A DNA stretch of 64,000 nucleotides from the NCBI GenBank assembly GCA_963678315.1, contig OY782781.1:320001-384000 (forward strand), read 5' to 3'. The position numbers were made by a program, and so were the translations under genes. A model generated the notes under the pieces. That model ran no database searches. It was not told the DNA's origin and was given only the letters and a program-made list of their open reading frames with translations. Positions 20,735 to 31,348 of this stretch are shown here, one piece after another. Origin of the DNA: Candidatus Cloacimonadales bacterium (GTDB lineage Bacteria > Cloacimonadota > Cloacimonadia > Cloacimonadales > JAFGVF01). Every line of letters starts with the position of its first letter. The stretch's first letter is position 1.

Positions 20735-20742
20735 AGACTAAG

Positions 20743-21627
20743 ATGAATATAGGATTAATTCAAGGCTTTTTAGCTTTTTTATGTTGGGGTTTGTTCCCTG
20801 TATATTGGAGAGAATTACAAGCTGTTCCGGCTATGGAAATATTAGCTTACCGAATTGCTGGCTCTCTACTATTTGTTACGATGATCCTCCTGATTTCAAG
20901 GAATTTGAAATGGATTAAAAAGCTATCAAAAAAACAGATAAGTTATTATTTTATAACCTCTGTTTTCATTTCGATAAACTGGCTAGTCTATATATGGGCA
21001 GTAAATAATGACCAAGTTGTAGAAGCAAGTTTAGGATACTATATTAATCCTTTAGTTAATGTTCTTTTAGCTGAGATATTCTTAAAAGAAAGACTTCGTA
21101 TAGCCCAAAGAATAGCAATTTTAACAGCTTTTATCGGAGTTTCTTTCCTAACTTACAAATATGGAAAATTACCCTGGGTCTCTGTTGTCCTAGCCTGTTC
21201 TTTTGCTGTCTATGGACTTCTTAAAAAGAAAGCTAAGCTTGGAGGATTAGAGTCTTTTTCCTTAGAGTCATTGATTCTTTCATTCCCAGCTTTAGGATAT
21301 ATTATCTTTCTGATATTTACCAAGCAAAGTTCATTCGGAACTATCGATGTTAAAACTAACTTATTACTTCTAGGTGCTGGCCTTGCAACTGGTTTACCAC
21401 TTATTTTATATAATTTAGCTACAAAAAAAATAACATTAACTACCATAGGAATGTTACAATATTTCTCACCTACCCTACAGCTATTGATTGGTATTTATAT
21501 ATTCAAAGAAGCATTTCCCATGGATAAATTACTTGGATTTGTAATTATCTGGATTGCCCTACTTATATACACCTCTGAATTAATTTATTTTAATTCAAGA
21601 AAAAAGCTCAAGCAAAAGACAGCATAG
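20743..21627 (+). CDS. rarD: EamA-family transporter RarD
   Basis: NWLVYIWAVN, EASLGYYINPLVNV, GMLQYFSPTLQ. Confidence 0.92.
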   Translation: MNIGLIQGFLAFLCWGLFPVYWRELQAVPAMEILAYRIAGSLLFVTMILLISRNLKWIKKLSKKQISYYFITSVFISINWLVYIWAVNNDQVVEASLGYYINPLVNVLLAEIFLKERLRIAQRIAILTAFIGVSFLTYKYGKLPWVSVVLACSFAVYGLLKKKAKLGGLESFSLESLILSFPALGYIIFLIFTKQSSFGTIDVKTNLLLLGAGLATGLPLILYNLATKKITLTTIGMLQYFSPTLQLLIGIYIFKEAFPMDKLLGFVIIWIALLIYTSELIYFNSRKKLKQKTA

Positions 21628-21657
21628 ATTATTAGATAGAGGAACGCTATTGCCATT

Positions 21658-21950
21658 CTTTATGTCGCCCTTTCAGGGCTGAATTCTAACTTCTTATTCA
21701 CATGGAGGACAAGCCTCCATGCTTAGTATATGCCACCCCTTCAGGGTTAGACGAACGGCCGTTCGCATCTACATATTCACTTATCACTATGTTCTAAGTG
21801 AAGCCAGCGCGGAGGCTGGCGATCCCAGTTGCCTCACTAAACCCTAATTCTTCACTCCCCTGTCTGTCGGCAGACAGGTAACTTCTAACTGCCTATATCC
21901 TCTTGCCCCACCTGCATAAAAAGACGATTTAATGCAGGAGGCGAGTATGG
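21658..21950. repeat. mosaic palindromic repeat island 3
   Basis: GTCGCCCTTTCAGGGC triple-hairpin module (21658-21748), GTAG-type REP-like hairpin (21749-21772), CACTTA/GCCAGC module (21775-21829), CCTGTCTGTCGGCAGACAGG palindrome (21859-21878), hairpin 21901-21947; 21658-21829 matches 53526-53698. Confidence 0.88.
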
Positions 21951-22041
21951 ATTGCCTGAGCATACAAAATATTTCATTTGACAGAATAATTACTTCAATA
22001 ATTGTTAAAATGATAAATTATATTGATTAAGGGAGTATGAA

Positions 22042-23565
22042 ATGGCAAAGAAACAAAGAACTGCTATTGAACCAACTAGAGCAGAAAACTATGCTGAGTG
22101 GTACCAACAAGTTGTTAGAATAGCAGATTTAGCGGAGAATAGTGATGTCCGAGGTTGTATGGTTATCAAACCTTGGGGCTATGCCATTTGGGAAAATATT
22201 CAAAAAGTATTAGATAAAATGTTTAAAGAAACAGGGGTAAAGAATGCATATTTTCCACTGTTTATTCCTAAAAGTTATTTTGAAAAAGAAGCTGAACATG
22301 TTGAAGGATTTGCTAAAGAATGTGCAGTTGTTACTCATTCTAGATTAGAAGATGATGGCAATGGTGGACTTAAAGAAGCTGGTAGACTAACTGAACCATA
22401 TATTGTTAGACCAACCTCAGAAACTATTATTGGTTCTTCATTCTCAAAATGGGTGAATTCATATAGAGACTTACCTCTTTTAATTAACCAATGGGCTAAC
22501 GTAGTACGTTGGGAACTTAGAACTAGATTATTCCTTAGAACTGCTGAATTTTTGTGGCAAGAAGGTCATACTGTTCATGCAACTGAAAAAGAAGCTAATG
22601 AAGAAACTAAACTCATGCTCGAGGTTTATGGTAAGTTTGCTGAACAATACCTTGCTGTTCCAGTAATTAAAGGGGAAAAAAGTGCCGGAGAAAGATTTCC
22701 AGGTGCTGTGGCAACCTATTCAATAGAAGCGATGATGCAGGATAAAAAAGCACTTCAAGCTGGTACTTCTCACTTCTTAGGACAGAATTTTGCTAAAGCT
22801 TCTGACATTAAATATCAAACTAAAGAAGGCAACTACGAATATGCTTGGACAACTTCTTGGGGTGTTTCTACACGATTAATTGGAGCATTAATTATGGCTC
22901 ACAGTGATGATAATGGCTTAGTTTTACCTCCAAAAATTGCACCAGCTCATATTGCTATCATTCCAATTTACAAGAATGAAGAAGATAGAGCGGAAATTCT
23001 TAATTATATTTCAAACATCACTGAAGCCCTAAAAGCAAAACGCTTTGATGGCAAAGAAATTATTGTTGAAGTTGATGATAGTGATGCAACTTCAAGTGAA
23101 AAGAGTTGGAAATGGATTAAGAAAGGTATGCCTATCAGACTTGAAATTGGCAAAAGAGATATGGCTTCAGGTTCTGTTTTTATGGGTAGAAGAGACTTAG
23201 AACCAAGAGACAAGAAAGGGTTGGCTTGGGAAGAGTTTGTAGAAAATGCAGAAAATATTCTTAACGAAATACAGGATAACATTTTTGCAAAAGCTGTAAA
23301 ATTCAGAGATGAAAATACTCTTGAGATTGATAATATAGAGGATTTTGAAGCATTTTTCACACCTAAAGATAAAAACAAACCGGAAATTCATGGCGGTTTT
23401 GTAGCTGCTCATTGGTGTGGTTCTACTGAGTGCGAAGAAAAAATTAAAGATGACTTGAAAGTAACAATAAGAAACATTCCTTTCTCTAGTAAAGAAGAAG
23501 AAGGACTTTGTATCTGTTGCGGAAAGGCTTCTAAGAAAAGAGTTATCTTCTCAAAGAGTTATTAG
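22042..23565 (+). CDS. proS: proline--tRNA ligase (archaeal/eukaryote-type)
   Basis: VRGCMVIKPWGY, RPTSET, FLWQEGHT, LQAGTSHFLGQNF, C-terminal Zn site and terminal SY. Confidence 0.97.
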   Translation: MAKKQRTAIEPTRAENYAEWYQQVVRIADLAENSDVRGCMVIKPWGYAIWENIQKVLDKMFKETGVKNAYFPLFIPKSYFEKEAEHVEGFAKECAVVTHSRLEDDGNGGLKEAGRLTEPYIVRPTSETIIGSSFSKWVNSYRDLPLLINQWANVVRWELRTRLFLRTAEFLWQEGHTVHATEKEANEETKLMLEVYGKFAEQYLAVPVIKGEKSAGERFPGAVATYSIEAMMQDKKALQAGTSHFLGQNFAKASDIKYQTKEGNYEYAWTTSWGVSTRLIGALIMAHSDDNGLVLPPKIAPAHIAIIPIYKNEEDRAEILNYISNITEALKAKRFDGKEIIVEVDDSDATSSEKSWKWIKKGMPIRLEIGKRDMASGSVFMGRRDLEPRDKKGLAWEEFVENAENILNEIQDNIFAKAVKFRDENTLEIDNIEDFEAFFTPKDKNKPEIHGGFVAAHWCGSTECEEKIKDDLKVTIRNIPFSSKEEEGLCICCGKASKKRVIFSKSY

Positions 23566-23567
23566 TC

Positions 23568-24062
23568 TTGCTTGATTACAATAAAAAATTATTAAAACTG
23601 GTGCAAGAAGTTCATCAAAGACTTCTTGCATCTAAGATAAAAGTCAGCTTTGCTGAATCTTGCACTGGAGGATTGCTACAAAAGCTTATAACAGACACTA
23701 GTGGTTCTTCAAGCTATTTTGAGGGTGGCTTTGTAACATATAGCAATCGATTAAAAAATAAAATATTAGGTGTAAAAGAAGAAACTTTAACTAAGTATGG
23801 TGCTGTAAGCTCTCAATGTGCAAAAGAAATGGTTGAGGGAGTTAATAGGATTACTGGAGCAGATATATCAGTTTCAGTAACAGGTATTGCTGGTCCAACT
23901 GGTGGTAGTTTGGATAAACCAGTGGGAACTGTTTGCTTTGGATTTCTATCTCAGCAAGGTCTAACAACACAGGTTAAGTGTTTTAAGGGATCTAGAGATG
24001 ATGTTAGACATCAATCAGCAATATTTGTTTTAGAATCAATTTTAGAATTATTAAGTAAATGA
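23568..24062 (+). CDS. CinA C-terminal / NMN amidohydrolase (PncC-like)
   Basis: AESCTGG, GSSSYFEGG, TGIAGPTGGS. Confidence 0.92.
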   Translation: MLDYNKKLLKLVQEVHQRLLASKIKVSFAESCTGGLLQKLITDTSGSSSYFEGGFVTYSNRLKNKILGVKEETLTKYGAVSSQCAKEMVEGVNRITGADISVSVTGIAGPTGGSLDKPVGTVCFGFLSQQGLTTQVKCFKGSRDDVRHQSAIFVLESILELLSK

Positions 24063-24068
24063 GGAAAA

Positions 24069-25319
24069 ATGAAGATATTAGTTTTGGGAAGTGGTGCAAG
24101 GGAACACGCAATAGCACAGAAATTTGCAGATAGTGACAAAGTTTCAAAAGTAGTGGTTTCTCCGGGAAATGGAGGAATTGCAAGAGAGTTTGAGTGTATA
24201 GAATTATCAACATTTGGCAAGATTGCTGAGTTTGTTCAAAAGAATAAAATTGATATAGTCTTTGTTGGACCTGAACAACCATTATCAGAGGGTGTAGTTG
24301 ACTTTTTAGAAGAAGAGAATATAGTAGTTATAGGACCTTCAAAGAAAGCATCACGAATTGAATCAAGCAAGGCTTATGCTAAGGATCTCATGAAGAGATA
24401 TAAGGTTCCGACAGCCGAATATCAGGTATTTGTAGAATATCAACAAGCTAAAGACTATATTCAGTCATGCTCATACCCTATTGTTTTTAAAGCAGATGGA
24501 CTTGCTGCTGGAAAAGGTGTGGTAATTGTAAATTCTTTAGAAGAAGCTGAACAAGAATTGAAAGAGTTTATGCTTGATAGTAAATTTGGTTCTGCTGGTA
24601 ACAGCCTTGTTATTGAAGAATTTTTACAAGGTTGGGAGACTTCTGTATTTGCCTTCTGCGATGGAAAGAATTTCAAATCAACAATATTTTCTATGGATCA
24701 CAAACAGTTGTTTGCAGGAGATAAAGGTCCTAATACAGGCGGTATGGGAGCTGTTGCCCCCATTATTGACGCTGAGAAATACAGATATCAGATTGATAAT
24801 GAAATTTTTACTCCTATATTGAAAGGACTGCAAGAAGATTCTTGCCCATTTAAAGGTGTTCTCTACTGTGGCTTAATGATAACAGAAAAAGGTCCAAAAG
24901 TGATAGAGTTCAATTGCAGATTTGGTGATCCTGAAACACAAGTAGTTTTACCTTTAATGAAAACAGATTTGCTTGATGTTTGTGTTGCAATAGCTGATGA
25001 AAGAATAGAAGAATTAGACCTTTTATGGGAAGATAAATTTGCAGTTAACCTCGTTGCTGCATCTGGCGGATACCCAGGTAAATACCAGAAGGGCATAGAG
25101 ATATCTATAGGGAACATATCTGATAATGCTAAAGTATATTATGCTGGAGTTAAAGAAGAGAATGGAAAATTATTGACAAACGGCGGACGAGTCTTAGGAA
25201 TTACATTGACTGGTTATAATAGAGAAACCTTAATAGAAGAGGTTTATAGAGAAAATGAAAAAATAGAATTTGATGGTAAAGTAATTCGAAGCGATATAGG
25301 TGGAAGAGCTAATAGATAA
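24069..25319 (+). CDS. purD: phosphoribosylamine--glycine ligase
   Basis: GSGAREHA, KADGLAAGKGV, GPNTGGMG, EFNCRFGDPE. Confidence 0.97.
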   Translation: MKILVLGSGAREHAIAQKFADSDKVSKVVVSPGNGGIAREFECIELSTFGKIAEFVQKNKIDIVFVGPEQPLSEGVVDFLEEENIVVIGPSKKASRIESSKAYAKDLMKRYKVPTAEYQVFVEYQQAKDYIQSCSYPIVFKADGLAAGKGVVIVNSLEEAEQELKEFMLDSKFGSAGNSLVIEEFLQGWETSVFAFCDGKNFKSTIFSMDHKQLFAGDKGPNTGGMGAVAPIIDAEKYRYQIDNEIFTPILKGLQEDSCPFKGVLYCGLMITEKGPKVIEFNCRFGDPETQVVLPLMKTDLLDVCVAIADERIEELDLLWEDKFAVNLVAASGGYPGKYQKGIEISIGNISDNAKVYYAGVKEENGKLLTNGGRVLGITLTGYNRETLIEEVYRENEKIEFDGKVIRSDIGGRANR

Positions 25320-25387
25320 TAAATTGGAGGTTAGTACTTAAATTGGTAAGATTATTGCTTTAAAAATAACAAATTGAGAGAGTTTTA

Positions 25388-28300
25388 ATGAAAAAGAGTA
25401 TAATAATACTATTAGCTTTGGTAACGGGGATTGTTCCATTATTTGGTAAAATAACAGTTTTAGAAGAAAGTGAATCATATATTAGATTAAAATTCACTTT
25501 ACCTACATATAGATTTGAAGAATCAGAATTAGATTATAAAAAAATAATCTGTGATGATGCAGACTACATTTTTGATGAAGGAAAACCTGAAGTTCCTTAT
25601 TTCTCAGAGATTGTAGGAATCCCAGAAGATGGTGATATTCAAGTTAACATTCTTAGACAAAAAGAGATTGCTAAAGAGAATATTAAAATCACTAGATGTC
25701 CAGAAATGACAATCAAAAAGGACCAAGTTTCTTATAAAAGCACTAACACTACCACAATCCCTAAGCTCAGATCTTTTTACCCAGATCAAATAGTAAAAAA
25801 AGACAAGAGTGCTTTTTTAGGTGATAGAAATTTTATTTCATTCCATATCTTCCCTTTTAGATATAACGAAAGTAATAAGCAATTAAAAATCTCCAGAGAA
25901 ATAGATATAGAGATAATTATTAATGGAGACAAAACTGCTAAGCGTTCATGGCAGCTATCAAATAACTATATTGACCCTTATGGTGACGAATTTTGTATAA
26001 ACAATGATTATTCTAAGAAATGGAGAAAAGAGCAAGCTGTATTTTCTGTTCCAACCGAGAAATCAAGCGACTATAATGGCATTGACCTTGTAGTTAATGA
26101 AGAAGGCTTGTATAAAGTAACATATAGCTTCTTAAAAGATCAGATTTCAACCCTCGAAGATTCCTTAGGAATTGATTTAGGTTGGGATATTGACGATATA
26201 GATCCTAAGAGATTACAATTAGAAAGCAACAAACAAGTTGAACCTGTCTATTTCTATGGTGAAGAGGATGGTTCTTTTGATAAAGGTGATTATTTTGAAT
26301 TCTATGGTTATATTAATCATGGCAAGGAAAGATATCATGATGCTTACACTATAAGAAATACTTATAAGTTAGTACTAAAAGATGATTTTGGTTCTAGAAT
26401 GGCTGTTGAGAATGGTGGTATTATGGTTACTCAGACTTCTGAATATACAGAGCCAACATATTATGACCATCATGTACATTTTGAGACCCAAAGTTATTAT
26501 GAAAAAATGGGTAACGCTTACAACTATGATTCTGATTATTATTTAGAAGATCCTTTCTTTTGGAGAAAAGTAAAAGCTCCTAACTTAGAAATTATTCCAA
26601 TCGAATTACAATATCCTGTTAACAGAGAAATTGATAAGTTTGAGGCTAATGTTTCATTGTTTGGATTAACTTATGGCGATTATCAAAATGACCACCATGC
26701 AATTGTGAGAATCAATTCAGCAATCGTAGGTTCCGAATATTGGACTGGTCAAAATGAACAAGTTTTTCATACTGCTAATGAATATTCAAACTCATTCCTT
26801 AATCATGGAGAGAACAGTGTATTTGTTAGTTTACCTGGAGATACTCCAAGCGGAGAAACTGAGCTTATTGCTTTAGATTACATAGATCTTAAATATTGGA
26901 GAGAATATAAAACTGATGAAGATTTCATCAGATTTAAAAAGCCTTCTTTTAAACCTAATGGCTTATTCCAATTCAAACTTGAAGGATTCCAAAGTAAAGA
27001 TGTAAGTGTTTACAAGATAGGTTCAAGTAAAATGGAGAACCTTAGGATTGAATCATATTTTGAGCTTGATGAAGCACCTTATTATGTAACTTTCCAAGAT
27101 ACTGTTAACTCAGATAATTTTGAATACTTCGCAACTACAGAAGCTAATAAAAAGACTCCGTTAGAAATTAGAATTGATATTCAAAGTGATTTAAAAGCTA
27201 GAACAAATAATTATGATGCTCTTTTGATTACTTCTTCTGATTTTGTTGAGACTGAAGGTGTTGAACTATTCAGGTCAACCTGGCAAGAGCAAGGGTTTAA
27301 TCCATTAGTGGTTGATGTTCAAGATATATATGATGAGTTTAACCACGGCATTACTTCTGCCGATGCTATTAGGGATTTCTTGAAGTATGCTTATAATATG
27401 TGGTCTGAACCTCAATTAAAAAATGTTCTACTAGTTGGAGATGGAACTTACGACACTCGTGAAAATTCAACTTCTACAAAATACAATATAATTCCTTATA
27501 AAAAAGTTTGGACATGGAAACATGGAGCTACTCCTAGTGATAACTATTATAGTTGTCTAGTTGGAGATGATGCTGTTCCTGAAATTGGTATTTCTAGAAT
27601 AAGTGTGTGGCAAGCAGAGCAAATATTAGATATTGCTCAAAAAAGTTACATTACCCTCAATAACCCTAAATTGGATGATTTGGGGCCGGCTCATGTAGTT
27701 TTAACTGCTGGAGGTAAAGTTACTGATTCATTAGATGTCTTCTCCCAACAAGAGGAAATAATCAAAGAAAGAATGATTTCAGATGACTACCGTGTTACCA
27801 GGGTTTATACTACTACCCAATCTGTTTCATCAGACTTTTACGGGTCAACATTTACTTTGAAAGACGGTATTGATAGAGGTGCAACTTTTCTACAATTCAT
27901 GGGCCATGGTGGCGGTAGAATTTGGGCTGACTACAACCTTCTCAATCTTAATGATCTTGCAACACTGAACAATGATTACTATCCATTTGTTAGTTCATTA
28001 GCTTGTTATGCTGCTTCATTTGACTACCCAGGTGACTCCTCTATCAATGAATCATTCATTAATGAGGCAGATAAAGGGGCAATAAACACTTTAGGTTTCT
28101 CTGGTCTAGGATACTTAAACCAAGATTTAACCTTTGGTACAGCTTTAGCTGATGGTTTTTTCAGACAAAAACTGCCTACTTCAGGAGATGTTGTAAAATA
28201 TACAATTGCCAAATCATACTTTAAACTATTTGGACAAGCTAAGAAAGCTCTTACAGAAGGCTGTGTACTGCTAGGAGACCCTAATGCAGTAATTCACAGA

Positions 28301-30319
28301 CCAAATCGACAACTTACTGTAACAACTGACAAAGAAGTCTATTCAGTAGGCGACACAGTTAGAGTTAATATGCAAGCAGACGGTCTAAATCTGTCGGAAG
28401 CAAAACTATATGTTTTAGATAAAAATGACTTAATTGAAAATATTGCCTATTACATACCAGTAATTCTTGGGGAATACAATCATACATTTGTTATCCCAGA
28501 ATCAATTTCTGAAGGTTCGTACTTGACTATGAGAGTTGAGAGTTATGACAATGAGCAAGTTTATATTGGAGAAAAGACCATTGGCGTAGGAAATAGCAAC
28601 TTCTATGATGTTGTTACAATTCCAGCAGAACCAACAGTATTCGATAGTGTATATGTCTCAACAAAAATAGTTACGGAAGACGAAATAGAAACAGTAAATC
28701 TTGTCTATTCAGTTGGATCTACTAAATCTAGGGCAATAATCCCAATGTCACTCAAAGATGGTTCTGATAATGAATACGAAATTTCAGAATTCATACCTAA
28801 ATATAATGCGGATTTAAAAGTTACTTACAGCTTTGAGGTTACTACTACAGAAGCTGTTGTAAAATCAGATGATTATAGATATACAATTTTAGGCCCTGAC
28901 TTGCATGTTCATGATTGTGAGTTTGTTTCAAATAATGGTATACCCTCAATTTCCTATACTATAACCAATCTCACTCCTATAGCAACCATTCCTTGTGATT
29001 TAAAGATATATAAGGAAGTAGACGGTGAGAATAGTATTCAATTGTATGATGATGCAATAGGAGCATTTGCAGCTTTTGAGTCTAGAGATTATATTTACCA
29101 GATGTCAGATTTTGAAGTTGGTAATTTTGATTTCAGGGTGGTTGTTAACGAAGAAAGAATCTTCAGTGAGATGATCACTTACAATAATGAAGATGTGATA
29201 GATCTACCTATAAACTATCAATTAATAACAAATCAAGGTGGAAGCGTAACTAGTTTAGACGGCATAGCTACACTTGAAATACCAGCGGCTTATTTAACAG
29301 ATGCCTTTTTTAATGTTAATGTTGGAAGTTTCATAGAGCCAAATACTCAACCTGATATAGAAAAAATACTGATGCCAAATAATATTGAATCTTCTGTATT
29401 TGAAGTAACATGCTTATCTGAAGAAGTCGCTGACTCTACCGGGCTTCTCTTGAATGGTAATCTAGATTTAAAAATTCAGTTCAATAGTGCAGATTCTCTC
29501 ACTTCTTTGCATGCAACAAACGATGAAATTGACATATATCGCTGGCATGATGAGTATCAAAAATGGATTTTCCAGGGTGGCTTAGTATCTCTTGACAATG
29601 GCGAGATTAGAGCATCCATCGGGAGATTAGGAAAGTTCACTCTTCTCCGTAATAGAGATAAAATAAGACCAACTATCGATCCTAATGTTCAAGAACAAGA
29701 ATTTACCCAAGGTGGTTATGTTTCAGGAACAGGAACAATATCTGTTGTTCTTTCAGATGCTAATGGAATTGATATTATAGACAATAGATTCAAATTCTAC
29801 TTAAATGGAGACCAGGTAAATGAAGAAGATCTGGTAATCTCTCTCAATGAAGATAATCTAAACAATATTCCTATAAAATATCATCTTGACTTACCAGAAG
29901 GTAACTACTCCTTAGTTATTGATTGCACTGATATTAATGGCAATTTTAACACTATCGATATTACTTTCAAAGTTACTACTGATTTTGATATTTTCGATAT
30001 AGCTAATTACCCCAACCCGGTTGTAGGTAAAGCAATTGAGCCTGTAAATGACGGAAGAACTAGATTTACATATACGCTTACTGATGATGCCGATTGGGTA
30101 AAAATAATAGTCTATACTGTTTCTGGACGGAAAGTAATAGAGCTAAAAGGTCTACCAACTTCTGTAGGATACCATGAATACCCAAGAACTATCTATGGCT
30201 GGGACTGTAAAGATAGAGATGGTTATGATCTTGCAAATGGTGTATACTTCTATAAGGTTATTGCCAAAAAAGGTGGTAAGAAAATTGAAAAAATCCAAAA
30301 AATGGCAATTCTAAAATAG
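25388..30319 (+). CDS. C25 (gingipain-family) cysteine peptidase, PorU-like, with propeptide and C-terminal T9SS/FlgD-type domain
   Basis: VQDIYDEFNHG, LLVGDGTYD, catalytic-type FMGHGG and LACYAASFD, LLGDP, C-terminal NYPNP...NGVYFYKV...KMAILK. Confidence 0.87.
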   Translation: MKKSIIILLALVTGIVPLFGKITVLEESESYIRLKFTLPTYRFEESELDYKKIICDDADYIFDEGKPEVPYFSEIVGIPEDGDIQVNILRQKEIAKENIKITRCPEMTIKKDQVSYKSTNTTTIPKLRSFYPDQIVKKDKSAFLGDRNFISFHIFPFRYNESNKQLKISREIDIEIIINGDKTAKRSWQLSNNYIDPYGDEFCINNDYSKKWRKEQAVFSVPTEKSSDYNGIDLVVNEEGLYKVTYSFLKDQISTLEDSLGIDLGWDIDDIDPKRLQLESNKQVEPVYFYGEEDGSFDKGDYFEFYGYINHGKERYHDAYTIRNTYKLVLKDDFGSRMAVENGGIMVTQTSEYTEPTYYDHHVHFETQSYYEKMGNAYNYDSDYYLEDPFFWRKVKAPNLEIIPIELQYPVNREIDKFEANVSLFGLTYGDYQNDHHAIVRINSAIVGSEYWTGQNEQVFHTANEYSNSFLNHGENSVFVSLPGDTPSGETELIALDYIDLKYWREYKTDEDFIRFKKPSFKPNGLFQFKLEGFQSKDVSVYKIGSSKMENLRIESYFELDEAPYYVTFQDTVNSDNFEYFATTEANKKTPLEIRIDIQSDLKARTNNYDALLITSSDFVETEGVELFRSTWQEQGFNPLVVDVQDIYDEFNHGITSADAIRDFLKYAYNMWSEPQLKNVLLVGDGTYDTRENSTSTKYNIIPYKKVWTWKHGATPSDNYYSCLVGDDAVPEIGISRISVWQAEQILDIAQKSYITLNNPKLDDLGPAHVVLTAGGKVTDSLDVFSQQEEIIKERMISDDYRVTRVYTTTQSVSSDFYGSTFTLKDGIDRGATFLQFMGHGGGRIWADYNLLNLNDLATLNNDYYPFVSSLACYAASFDYPGDSSINESFINEADKGAINTLGFSGLGYLNQDLTFGTALADGFFRQKLPTSGDVVKYTIAKSYFKLFGQAKKALTEGCVLLGDPNAVIHRPNRQLTVTTDKEVYSVGDTVRVNMQADGLNLSEAKLYVLDKNDLIENIAYYIPVILGEYNHTFVIPESISEGSYLTMRVESYDNEQVYIGEKTIGVGNSNFYDVVTIPAEPTVFDSVYVSTKIVTEDEIETVNLVYSVGSTKSRAIIPMSLKDGSDNEYEISEFIPKYNADLKVTYSFEVTTTEAVVKSDDYRYTILGPDLHVHDCEFVSNNGIPSISYTITNLTPIATIPCDLKIYKEVDGENSIQLYDDAIGAFAAFESRDYIYQMSDFEVGNFDFRVVVNEERIFSEMITYNNEDVIDLPINYQLITNQGGSVTSLDGIATLEIPAAYLTDAFFNVNVGSFIEPNTQPDIEKILMPNNIESSVFEVTCLSEEVADSTGLLLNGNLDLKIQFNSADSLTSLHATNDEIDIYRWHDEYQKWIFQGGLVSLDNGEIRASIGRLGKFTLLRNRDKIRPTIDPNVQEQEFTQGGYVSGTGTISVVLSDANGIDIIDNRFKFYLNGDQVNEEDLVISLNEDNLNNIPIKYHLDLPEGNYSLVIDCTDINGNFNTIDITFKVTTDFDIFDIANYPNPVVGKAIEPVNDGRTRFTYTLTDDADWVKIIVYTVSGRKVIELKGLPTSVGYHEYPRTIYGWDCKDRDGYDLANGVYFYKVIAKKGGKKIEKIQKMAILK

Positions 30320-30328
30320 GAGATTATC

Positions 30329-31336
30329 ATGAGAAAATTATATATATTAATTATAACTGTGTTTGCTTGTAGTTCTCTTTTCGCGGGTAGATATGCTGGT
30401 GACTTCATGTCAATTGGAGGTGGAGTTAGAGCTATTAGTATGGGTGGAGCTTATAGTGCAATATCTGATGATGGGGCAGGAATTTATTGGAATACTGCAG
30501 GGATTGGTCAGGTTAAAGAATCACAGGTTTTTGGAATGCATGCTTTTCTTTATGATGGATTAGCAAGTTATGATAACATCACTTTCTGCCAGCCATTACC
30601 TAATAATGCTACAATCGGTATTAACTGGACAAGGCTAACCGTTGATGAAATTCCTTATTTCAGTGAAGAATATCTAGTAGGAACAAATGTTGACCAAAGA
30701 GTTGCTGACCCTTCTCTACACCTACCTGGACAACCTGATTCTGAATTCAAATCTACTGATGATCTATTCCAACTAGGTTTTGCAAAACATATTCACTTTG
30801 ATATAGATTTAGGTTGGAAATATTTTAAGATGCCTTTTGATATTCATGCTGGCGGTAATGTAAAATTTATTAGAAGAAAGTTATATGAAAGCTATGGCAC
30901 AGGTACAGGATTTGACCTTTCATTTTTAATAGTTTCTGATTTAGCTTATGTATTTAATGTAGAATACCTAGGAAAAATTAAATACGGTATGAACTTCATG
31001 GATATCGGAAATACTGATATTAAATGGGATGTAACTTCTGAAAGAGTTGATGAGGTTTTAATGAACACAAAACTCGGAGCTTCAATTGAACAACCACTTC
31101 CTTTTATTAAGTCTAATTTGATTTACTCAATTGACAAGGACTACGTTTATGGAAAGAAAGTGAGAATGGGTGCAGAATTAGAGTATGACAATCTAGTGGC
31201 TCTTAGAGCAGGAATTCAAGAAGATAATGTTTCAGCAGGATTAGGACTAAAAGTTTATAGTTTTAAAGTTGACTATGCTTATGTGACAAATAACCTCGGC
31301 AATACAAATAGAATTGGTATTAGCTTCATTTTTTAA
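30329..31336 (+). CDS. PorV/PorQ-like outer-membrane beta-barrel
   Basis: Signal peptide, GVRAISMGGA...YWNTAG, VDYAY, terminal Phe. Confidence 0.8.
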   Translation: MRKLYILIITVFACSSLFAGRYAGDFMSIGGGVRAISMGGAYSAISDDGAGIYWNTAGIGQVKESQVFGMHAFLYDGLASYDNITFCQPLPNNATIGINWTRLTVDEIPYFSEEYLVGTNVDQRVADPSLHLPGQPDSEFKSTDDLFQLGFAKHIHFDIDLGWKYFKMPFDIHAGGNVKFIRRKLYESYGTGTGFDLSFLIVSDLAYVFNVEYLGKIKYGMNFMDIGNTDIKWDVTSERVDEVLMNTKLGASIEQPLPFIKSNLIYSIDKDYVYGKKVRMGAELEYDNLVALRAGIQEDNVSAGLGLKVYSFKVDYAYVTNNLGNTNRIGISFIF

Positions 31337-31348
31337 TAGGAGAAACTT

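Noticed and set aside
22042..23565. Archaeal/eukaryote-type ProRS (and the PreP-like M16C peptidase) as evidence of unusual gene transfer
   Set aside because: Both types are well known in many bacterial lineages, and their composition matches the surrounding DNA
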